From the human T2T-CHM13v2.0 reference genome, Homo sapiens: a stretch of DNA of 64,000 nt. Numbering within the stretch: the first letter of the stretch is position 1; each line of letters starts with the position of its first letter. The notes beneath the pieces were generated by a model that saw only the letters and a program-made list of their open reading frames with translations, was not told where the DNA came from and did no database searches. Positions 46,101-64,000 of the stretch are shown here, one piece after another. A program made the position numbers and the translations under genes. Location of the stretch: the NCBI RefSeq assembly GCF_009914755.1, contig NC_060926.1; one strand, written 5' to 3'.

Positions 46101-47849
46101 AAGCTGCTTACCTGGGCCCTTTGGTTCCTGTGCACAACGACTGATCCTGTTAAACCCAGAAAATATGGTGTCTTCATGCCCAGGAAGGGAAGGGCCTCTC
46201 CCCCGGGTCCCTGAGTGGTGGGGGTGTCCTCTTGGATTTGGCTAATTTGAACAGGAAGCTCTGCAGTTGAGGCAGATCTTGCAGTATCCCCCTAACCGAT
46301 AGGAAACATGCACTGCTGCCCGACCCAGTGGCCCAGCCCGGCCACTCACAGCATCTTCTTCTCGAGCATGTGGATGGACTTGGAGGCTTGTTTCCAGGCT
46401 GTTGTGGAAGAAGCAGATCCTGCTCTTCCTGAGCTCAGCCTCACCCTGAGCAGCCTCAGTTACCTGTGATTCACCCCCGGCCCCAAGGTGAGATGACCCC
46501 AACAATATTTTAAAGGAAATGCCTGCATCACACCTTTTTGTCTTTGAACTCCTGAAAAATCAAAATAACAGAAACACTGTTGTAAAGTGATTAGAAGAAT
46601 GCAAGAAAATGAGGTAAAAGCATGTTAGCAACCTTCATTTTCATGAAGGTGTGTGAGTCAATGTTTAAATGTGAGTGCTGTAGCCATAAAACAAAGATGG
46701 AGAGCAAGGATCCTTCCTGGGAATATCTTCCATAGAGACTTAAGTTCTTTTGAGTGCTTGAAACCAGTTTTTCCAGATCTCTATTGAGTCTGACTCATTT
46801 GTTTTGGTTTCCTGAGGATACTCTCAAAAGGCTTCATCTGTCCTATTTACAGAATAGCAACTATTTTTCTTGCCACAATGACGGGATTTGGGTAGGATGC
46901 TTGGGTTTTTTTTTTTTTAATTATTTATTTATTTATTTATTTTTTTTTCAGAATTCTGTTTCCATGGAACTCCTGGGTCAGCTAGGGTAGCTTGAACCCA
47001 AGTTTATCTTCCCCCTCTCAGAATCCCAGTGAAATGAATGGAACATAAAAATGGGGCAAAAACCAGTGAGGGTTGCACCCGCATTCCAGAAACTTTAGAA
47101 AAGTTTCTTTGGGACTTGCAGATGGGGCTGGATTCGAGGAGGGCCTGTAGGGCCCACTGAACCCCACTGACACCCTTGGAGGGGGCCATAGGCATGGGTG
47201 GCGGGTGGGGTGCTCTTTGATTCTTGTTCCCTGCTGTGGCTCAGTGGCATTTGGAAGTGGGCCCTGAGGAACTCCCAGGTTCAGGCAGGCTTGCCACCAC
47301 GCTGGAGGCCGGGAAGGTGGGGGCCAGTCCTGTGCCTGCAAGCAGCACTGTGTGGAAGGATGCTGGCCAGGGGCTCCTCCAGTCACTGAAGAGAGATGGA
47401 CCAAAGTTCCCTTGTAGACACCACCCTGATGGGCCACTGCCCTGCACTTGTCCCTGATGGGATCCTCGAAAATGGGTATAAACATTCATTTGCACCACTG
47501 TTACAGGTAGTGAGCAGAGAGAGGGTTCATGAAGCACCTCACGTGAGCAGAACTGACGGGGACCTTTGAGGAAAGCTCATCGTGGGCATGGGGTGGGATA
47601 CTTCTGTAAATATGTTCATCATGCTCTACGAATTTAAAAAATGCCAATGATTAAGCGAAAAGCAAAAAAATGACATGAAGACAGGCTGAGAAGGAAAGGG
47701 GCTGGCGGGTAGGAAGCCACAGATGGGGAAGAGGAGCGCGCTGAGTCAAGGAGGGACTGTTACAGAAGCACACGGATGTGATCAGAGGAACAAAGTATTT
47801 ACCTGAAGCCGTAAAGAAGCAGAATCGACACAACAGAATAAGCAACCAG

Positions 47850-48345
47850 TGATGTTTGGGGCAAACTTGAGAAGCCTTTCCAGAATATGAAGGAGGAAAC
47901 ACCAAAGCCATGGGGACATGTGAGAGAGGAGATGACAGAAAGGGGACAGAGAGCCCGGGTGTGATGGTTGGCATTCATAAGGAGGATACGAAAACAGGCG
48001 AAACAGATGCCACAGTGGTTCTCCTGCATGGAAGACCTGAGTATGCAGACAGGAAGGCACTCCCTGAGTGTCAGCTAAAAAGTACCAATATGATACTGAG
48101 ACACATCCTGGTGGAATCGTTGACTGTCAAGGATAAGAAAAGAGCTCTGCAAAGGACCCAGCCAAAAAAGCTGATAAAAGAACAAAAATCAGATTGACCA
48201 CAAACTTTTGCAACATTAAATGTTGAAAGAATCCAGAAAAATTTCACGATTGTAAAGGAAACATTGCAACAGAAGAACTTTATATAGCAGCTTAAGTTGT
48301 CATTTGCATCTGGAGGCAGTGAAATGGTGTGTTCAGATCAGCAGG
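47850..48345 (+). mobile_element. Ancient L1 ORF1/HAL1-like fragment
   Basis: ORF 47910..48197 contains RHILVESLTVKDKKRALQ, resembling the L1 ORF1p PRHIIV...KEKILKAAR motif. It is followed by aaaatcagattgacc and ttaagttgtcattt. Confidence 0.55.
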
Positions 48346-50092
48346 TCGGGGAGGATGAGGGACATGTGGATGTCTGCCTCCAGGCAGGCCTTTTCCTGGG
48401 AGCGGCACGTCTTCCCTTGGCACCCCATAGATGTCTGAGGCTCAGCAGCTCACAGTCGAGTGTCACCAGCTTCCTCCCAGACAGACCTCCTTTGCTGGCT
48501 CAGCATAGGGCATCACTGTCCCCCAAGTTGCTCAAGAGAGTCCCACCCCTCCCTCCCTGCCCCTCCATCTCTCATAAAGCAAGAAGCCTGCATGCTTCTC
48601 TCTAGTCCTGCTGCCACCCTCTCCTGCCTTCATCAGTTCCCTGGACGGTTGGTCACAAGAGCCTCGTTGCCTCCTCTCTCTCTCCCCCAAGTTGGAAGCC
48701 ACGTGTTTTTATTAAAACTTTGATCTCATTAGGTTTCTGTGCTCCTGAAATCCCTTTGTTGGCTTTTTATCGCCCATAGGATCAAGTCCGAAATCCTCAC
48801 CACTCTCGGGCTCCAGCCACCTCCCTGCCTGTCTCTACACACTGTCCTCCAGCCTGCAGCCTTCCCTTGGCTTCCGGAACCTGCTGGTGGTTTTCACCTC
48901 TGAGGAAGTCTGCACCCAGCTCTCCCCTTTGTCTGGAATACTCACCCACTATAGGCCCACCTGCTGTAGGCTGCCCTCCAGGCAGTCTCCTACCACCCAG
49001 ACTGTGTGGGGCTCCTCTTCCATTCCCCCATCTCCTTGGTGTCTCGGCAACTTGAATCAAACTTGCGGGTCTCTTTTCTGACTAGATTGTGAGAGTCCCA
49101 AGGGCAGTGGGCCCGGGCCCTGGCACACAGTAGGTGCTCAGTAAGTGCTGTGAGTGTGTGGCTGCACATAGTGGTGCTGTCCAGCATAGGCCTTTGGAAA
49201 CTACCTATTAATGAACAATCTGCATTGAGTCTGTCAGTCATCATCCAACAGGTGAATGCTCACTGTCCCACTGCACAGATACACCGTGGCGTTTCCCTAG
49301 GCCCCTGCTGACTTTGGTGCTGGTGTGCTTACAGGCTTTTGCTATAATTAGAAATGCTGAGATGAAAAATCTTGCCCACGTATTTTTTAGCACCTCTCTA
49401 ACGTTTCCTAAGGTAAATCTCAGAAGTAGAATCTTGGGTCGTCTAGATTGTCAACATCTTTCTGTCCCATACCTGAATGTGTTCATTTCCTCATTCTAGC
49501 AAACACTGGACATCTTAATTGATTTTGGATTCCTTGCTAGGAGCTAAACCCGTTTTATTACTTTTCATGTTGCAAATTGAGGTGAATAACTTTTTGTTTG
49601 TGCTAGTTGCATTTCTCTTTTTGTGAATTCCTGTTGTTATTCTTTGCATGGTGTTCTAATTTAGTCCGTTTACACTTAGTGCAGTTGTTGATATAGGGAG
49701 GCTTAAGTCTGTCATCTTGCTCCTTGTTTCACATATCTCCCCTTATGGTTTTTGTTCCTCTTTTGCTTATTTACTGCCGTCTTTGGGGTTGACTATTTGT
49801 TAGTTTTCTACTACATTTTGTCCACTGGCTTGTTCTCTGATTCAGCTGTGGTCTTGCAGGGCCCCCCCCATCTGGATGCATCCTCCTTGGCTCAGTGGCA
49901 CCCTCATGCTCCTCCATGTAGACTCAGCTCTGTGCCCTGGTCAGGCTGTCATCCCCACACAAGATCTGGGGCACTCGTGGGCTGGCCTCCTGAGTGTCCC
50001 TTGTCTCGGGGCTCTCACTTGTATGCTGCCTCCGCCCACGGCTGACAACAGTTGCCTCTGATCTTTTGTTCTGTTTTACACTTGTTTGCTAG

Positions 50093-50480
<388 letters not shown>

Positions 50481-50712
50481 TGATGTCCTTTAAAAAGGAT
50501 TACAGAATCCTAAAACTCTATGGCTAGAATGGAGTTTAGAGATTTCATTTCAGCAAAGATGAAGAAATTTGAACAAAAGGTTAAGAATTGCTAGTAATTT
50601 TTTCCTAAAGCATGTATTTTATTATATAATCAAAAGTGAGATAGAATATATTCTAGGATCGAAACTCTGTTTCCTAATAGATAAATGTATTTGTGACTAG
50701 TTCCCTTAGTAG

Positions 50713-51113
<401 letters not shown>

Positions 51114-51413
51114 TGTAGCATCGTTTAAGTGTTGACTACTTACCTTACATTTAACCAAGAAATTATTCCTGAACCGGATAAAATCACTAGTCAGTGTACT
51201 TTCTCTTAAAAATAAATGACTCATGTAAAATTCAATATCCATTATACTGAAAACCTGTAATGAACTAGGAATAGAAAACTACTTCTTTTTCATGAGAGAG
51301 AGAAAACACCTGTGTCAACAGTCAACATCGTATGTAATAGTGAGTGGCTGGAGATATTTCTACTACAGTCAGGAACAAGGGTGGGTACCATGACCCTATT
51401 TAGATATTCTACA

Positions 51414-52520
<1,107 letters not shown>

Positions 52521-53597
52521 CATTTTAAGGTCCATCAGAAAGGCCAGTTTGAAGATTTCTCTGTTTTGTGTTCTGATCTTTTGCCTTGACCACAGTGACC
52601 CATTGGGGCTCATGCCAAGCTCACTTACGCTGGCTTAACACATAATTCTAAGAGGGTTTCTCATTCATCTTCCAAGGCCATTCACGTTTATCTGTAAAAG
52701 TAGCTAACATTTAATGATATTTTGCTCTGTATGCATTTTTTCTCCTATAGAAATTTACCATTAATAATTATTCATTATAGACAATATAATTATTCTAACA
52801 GCTAACATTTATAGAGCACTTACCATGACTAAGGAATTGCATGTTTTATTTAATACGGTCACCTACAGATGAGACAGGCGTTACACCCATTTGCTAGGTT
52901 AGGAAAATGAGGCACAAAAGTTACCTAGTCCAAGATGATACAGACAGTAAGTCCCAAAGGTAGGAGCTACCCCAGATCTGTTGGGCCCCGGTCTGGGCAG
53001 TTAGCCCTCATCCTGTCCAGCTTCTCATACATCCATGCTAAAGGCTTACCACCCATGTGTAAGTAGATGTAAGTAATTCGTCTAATGAGCAGCGGTCTGT
53101 TATTTGGAAGGCTCCTTTTAACAGCCTATTCCTGACTTGGAGTAGCAGTTTTCTAGCTGCTGCCAGATAACAGTTCAGTAGTTATTATCTTCAGTTGTCA
53201 GATTGTAGAAATGGCATGGGAGTAGAGCTAAAGCTTCCTTTATAGCCTAGAAATAAGATAGTGATTAATGAAAAATAGTTGATGTAAATTTCTAAAACTA
53301 TATGAAAACGGTTTGGCATTACATCATAAAGTTGAGAACACACACCCTTTGACCCAGTAATGCCACTTCCTGTTGCATACCCGACAGTCACGTGCTCATC
53401 TCTATTGGGACATATATAAGATTATTCAGAGTTGTATTTTTTTGTAATAGCCCTAGACAAAAAAAATAACCCAAATGTTGTCCGTCAGTGGCAGAATGGA
53501 TGAATAGTGGTATTTCATTCATATAATAAAACACTATTCAGAAACGCAAATGAACAAAATACATGTAACATGGTTGATTCTTAAACATAATTTTGAG

Positions 53598-54732
<1,135 letters not shown>

Positions 54733-55222
54733 TAGAAAACAAACTTTTGACAGGTTGCATATAAATCAATTCCTGAGGTCATGAGAGAGTATGTTATTTG
54801 AAGCAAATACATACTCTTTTGATTTATTGCCCACCTCCCCACCCTACAATTAATCAGGCTTTTGTTTATTGGGTTTGCTTAATGTCGGGTAGAGCTCTGC
54901 TCAGGAGTGTGGCTGAGCAGTCACATCCAGCAGCGGGGCAGGGCAGGGGTCAGAGGCCTCCATTCCCATGTGCCCTGGATCCTGCTTCCGAGAGGGACTT
55001 CTGGCAGCATTAAAGACCAGACTTCTGAGACATTTTTTTTTACATTTTATTTTGTTTTAGATTTGGGGGTACATGGGCATGCTTGTTAATGGGTAGGGAC
55101 TTGGCTTCTCATGTACCCATCACCCAGTAGTGAATGTTGCACCCAGTGGGTAATTTTTCAACCCTCCCCCTCCCAACCCTCCCGCATTTTGGAGTACTCA
55201 GTGTCTATTATTTCCATCTTCA

Positions 55223-55609
<387 letters not shown>

Positions 55610-56700
55610 TCAAATAAATCTCTAAGGTCAATAATGTGTATTTATATGACTTATAATCAATAACTATAAATTTAAAAATCACTAGAAGTGCAAATGCCCA
55701 TGTTTCTGAGGACAAGTGTGTGTGTGGTAAAATGCAAATAAAATAGTCCCAGAAATAACTGTTCGCTTGAGAAATCTTGGAAGCATTTTCTGAAAAGTGT
55801 GTGCGCACGTGAGCACATGAAGTGGCCCAACGCTGAGCTGCCTTGCCAGAGGCCTTCCTGCCAGAAGGCAGCTGAGTAAACAGTCTTTAGCCCGCAGGAA
55901 AAGGGAGGCCAGCCAGGTAGGAGGCAGGAGGGGACAAGAGGGGTGACTTTGTGTCCCCTTGAAACACACGTGGGCTGCCACCTCTCTGTTTGCCTAACTT
56001 GGAGAAACTGCCTTTAGACACTGGATCCATGGTGAGGGTGCCACAAAAAGGTGCCGTGGGTGGTTCTGCGATGTTCACAGCAGACTTCCTCTGAGCTCAG
56101 GATCACCAACCTTTCAGCGGAGAAAAGAGCTTTGAGATGAATTTCATAGCTGTGGGTTATTTATATTCTTAAAATGGAGATGGAGAAGGAAGTGTGTCGA
56201 TGAGGAAGGTAAATTACATTTTAATGAAAGAACTTGCCTGGACATGACAGCTTGTTAGGTGGTGCTGATAATATCTATAAATACTTTTTTCACTGTGCGC
56301 TAAAGTATTCCAAACATGCCTGGCTAAGAATGTTTCATAGCCAACAAGTTGACAGGAGGTAAAATAACTGTATCAGTGCACAGGAAAAAGCACCCATGCC
56401 TTGTCCTGGGGGCACTTGCAACTTGCTTCTTTCTGGGGAATAAATTTACGATAATGGTTAACATCTACTTGAGGGTTTACTATGTGTGAGGCACTGAACT
56501 GCTTACTTTATATTATCCCATTTAATGTTACCTGAAGGATAAATATTATTATTTCCATTTTCTTGTGAGGAAGCTGAGGTACAGAGAGGTCATTCCAAGG
56601 TCATAAAGTTAGGAGGTGGTGAGGCTGGGTTGTACCAGCCCCTGGAACCACAAGGCACTGACTGCGGGTCCTGCTGCCCCCGAATCCTCCTATGGTCTAG

Positions 56701-57054
<354 letters not shown>

Positions 57055-57824
57055 TGACAGATTTTCAATAATTAACACAGCAGGGGCAGTCATCTAATTC
57101 CTGTGTGGGGGTAATAGATCCTCAAACTACTATTGGATTAAAAGTCTTTAAAAACAAGGTTGTTTTTATCTGGAAAATTGTTGATATATCTACATGAGCA
57201 ACATATAACTCGAGGTCTGTCATCAGAGAGGTGTGCTTTTTAAAGCAAATAATCACGGCTTGATGCGTTCACGCTGCCCCTGCTGTGTTAAATGAAAGCT
57301 TGAAAATTGCCAGAGTGTTGGTGTTTTGCAGCAATGTATTCCAGTGCCTTTATGCTAATAATAAAACCTGTCCTGACTATCACAATCCCAGCCCAAGTGT
57401 ACTTATTTTAAAGTCTTAATCTCTTAAACATAAATTATAAGCTTTAAGATTAGTGTTCCAAATTCTGCTTGGTCCTGTGCAATAGAAATATGAGGAGTTT
57501 GGCCAGATTACCTCTTAGTGTCTTTTTCTACATTGTAACTCTCCAATTTTGTAAGATATTTGTTTATATTAGTCTCCTACCTTAAGGTCCATGCCCTAAA
57601 CATTTTTATATTAGAGTTAACACGATGCCAAATGCACAGGAATTACTTGATAGTCATTATGAATGGGTTTTAATAGAAGTTTGAATTTCTTAACTAAGTC
57701 AATGAGACATTTACTAATTTGTGTATAATAAAGACAATATATTTTTCTCTTGGGAAGTAGCTTATTTTATTGAATTCATTTCAGTCATTTAGCGTCTTAA
57801 TTTAAAGGCATTTTATATAGCCTT

Positions 57825-60470
<2,646 letters not shown>

Positions 60471-60823
60471 TTTTACGTTTTACTTAAAGTCCCAATTATT
60501 TAACACTTTCTATGTGCCAGGCATTATGCTAAAGCTTTCTTGTACTTGTCCAAGCCAGTAAATGGTGGAACTAGGATCTTCATACATAAATCATTTATCC
60601 ACTTCATTAGTTCATTTCACAAATTCTTAGGCAGAGCTTATGTGAATCACAGTGAATCTAGGCACAAGGTCCTGCCCTCCTGAGCCCACAGTCTGAAACT
60701 AGCAGAAGTAATGCAAGTGAATATGTAGCTATGATACGTTCAAATTAAATAAGTTGATTTGTTACAACTGAGTGCATTTACTAGCTCATTCTGTAAGTGG
60801 GTGAGGCAAGGAAGGGCCCCTTA

Positions 60824-62350
<1,527 letters not shown>

Positions 62351-63253
62351 GGAAAGAAGGAGAAAGAACTGATGTTAATTTTCCCAAGCTTATTGATTCT
62401 TATCAACTCACATCAGTTTCTGACATTCAGAGATGTCTGTGATCAAAGCTCATATGAAGAGAATTCTAAATGTTGCATGGCAAAGAACCCAAGAACTCCT
62501 GGCCCAAACCGCATGCAGCTCCCCACTCGTCTCTGCGTCCTCCTCACCTCCTTCACCTGCTGCTGTCTCAACTTGACCCCTTCCATCTGGCCCCTGACCC
62601 CTGGACTCTGTGGCCTCCCTGAGCGGCCAGCACAGTCACGTCTAAGTCGACCTGACCATCTGCCTGCTGGGTGCTGCTGGCTGCTGCTGGCTGCTGCTGG
62701 CGCTGGCTGCCCTGCACATTCTCCATGCCCTCCTTTCCATGGCACCAGTTTCTGCCTCTCCTTTGGGTTTCTTTCCCCTTGCCCCCTGGCAAGCTGGGTT
62801 TTGAAGTCATTTGGGATGGAAGGTGGGCCATTTGAAGAGCTGTAGGGTCAGGCCCTCATTCTGCCAGTCCATTTGGGAAAAATCTTCCATGTCACTAAGC
62901 TCTTGTAACAATAGCTACAAAAGTTGCTTGTTAGTTGGGAACTGAAATCTGCCTGTATAGAGATTTGCCCTCAGATGGATTTCCAGGTAAAGACAGACCC
63001 CCATCCCCATTGAGCAGGGAAGGAGCGGCCCCTCCCTGGCAGTGCTGTGTCCTCTGATGGCGTGCAGCACTTCAGAGTTACTCTGTTAGGCAGCATGGCT
63101 CTCCCTTTGCATGGGAGTGAGTGTCCCACAACCAGCACTGTCTCTGCCTGCGCCTTTCCTCCCAGCCCCATGGCCGTGTGCTGAGTGCACCGGCCCTGTT
63201 CTGCCTTTGGACTGAGGAGGCGTGTTCCTCTTCCTATGTCTCCCTGACTGTAG

Positions 63254-63474
63254 GAGCGATCTCTCTTTGAGTCGGCATGGAAGAAGGAGAAGGACATCGT
63301 TTCCAAGGAGATAGAGAAGCTCCGCACGTCCATCCAGACCCTGTGCAAGAGCGCACTTCCCCTGGGGAAGATCATGGACTACATCCAGGAAGACGTGGAT
63401 GCCATGCAGAATGAGCTGCAGCTGTGGCACAGCGAGAACAGGCAGCACGCCGAGGCCCTGCAGCAGGAGCAGAG
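63254..63474 (+). CDS. TRAF3IP1: TRAF3IP1 coding exon (~exon 16, 221 nt), C-terminal coiled coil (IFT20-binding region)
   Basis: ctgtag|GAGCGA...GAGCAGAG|gtgggg. Translates [73 protein letters not shown](R), in phase with the exon at 21792. Confidence 0.95.
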
Positions 63475-64000
63475 GTGGGGGGTAGTAATGGGGAGGGGGC
63501 CCTGCAGCAGGAGCAGAGGTGGGGGGTAGTAATGGGGAGGGGGCCCTGCAGCAGGAGCAGAGGTGGGGGGTAGTAATGGGGAGGGGGCCCTGCAGCAGGA
63601 GCAGAGGTGAGGGGTAGTAATGGGGAGGGGGCCCTGCAGCAGGAGCAGAGGTGAGGGGTAGTAATGGGGAGGGGGCCCTGCAGCAGGAGCAGAGGTGAGG
63701 GGTAGTAATGGGGAGGGGGCCCTGCAGCAGGAGCAGAGGTGGGGGGTAGTAATGGGGAGGGGGCCCTGCAGCAGGAGCAGAGGTGGGGGGTAGTAATGGG
63801 GAGGGGGCCCTGCAGCAGGAGCAGAGGTGAGGGGTAGTAATGGGGAGGGGGCCCTGCAGCAGGAGCAGAGGTGAGGGGTAGTAATGGGGAGGGGGCCCTG
63901 CAGCAGGAGCAGAGGTGAGGGGTAGTAATGGGGAGGGGGCCCTGCAGCAGGAGCAGAGGTGGGGTGTAGTAATGGGGAGGGGGCCCTGCAGCAGGAGCTG
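63454..64000 (+). repeat. 44-bp G-rich minisatellite, ~12.4 copies, spanning the exon/intron boundary
   Basis: Unit GGCCCTGCAGCAGGAGCAGAG|GTG(G/A)GGGGTAGTAATGGGGAGGG. Period 44 counted directly. The last partial copy diverges (GAGCTG) at the window edge. Confidence 0.98.

Noticed and set aside
47018-47485. 155-aa minus-strand ORF as a nested gene
   Set aside because: Pro-rich, with no recognisable homology and no promoter, CpG island or processed-pseudogene hallmarks.
62971-63448. Minus-strand ORFs overlapping exon 16
   Set aside because: Antisense shadows of a GC-rich coding exon.
63454-64000. CRISPR-like array
   Set aside because: The units are head-to-tail with no unique spacers, the context is eukaryotic, and there are no cas genes. 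It is a minisatellite.

Overview
Human-type (primate) genomic DNA, not prokaryotic. The window is the middle and 3' part of TRAF3IP1 (IFT54/MIP-T3) on the + strand. Nine coding exons, read by hand across GT-AG junctions, reproduce the protein sequence as I recall it (exons 8-16 of 17 by recalled numbering), with a ~41.4 kb intron before the last exon seen. The rest is mostly Alus, two 5'-truncated L1PA elements in opposite orientations, older L1/L2/MER fragments and microsatellites. Nearly all ORFs in the supplied track are repeat-derived or chance. Two features stand out. (1) A 44-bp G-rich tandem repeat begins inside exon 16 and copies its splice donor 12 times; six copies are closer to consensus than the real donor. 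(2) An intact, in-frame 102-nt candidate exon at 2541-2642 shares an identical 14-nt acceptor context with the two known cassette exons, suggesting a tandem exon-duplication array. Gene identity, exon numbers, variant names and repeat subfamilies come from memory, not a database search. Repeat boundaries are approximate.
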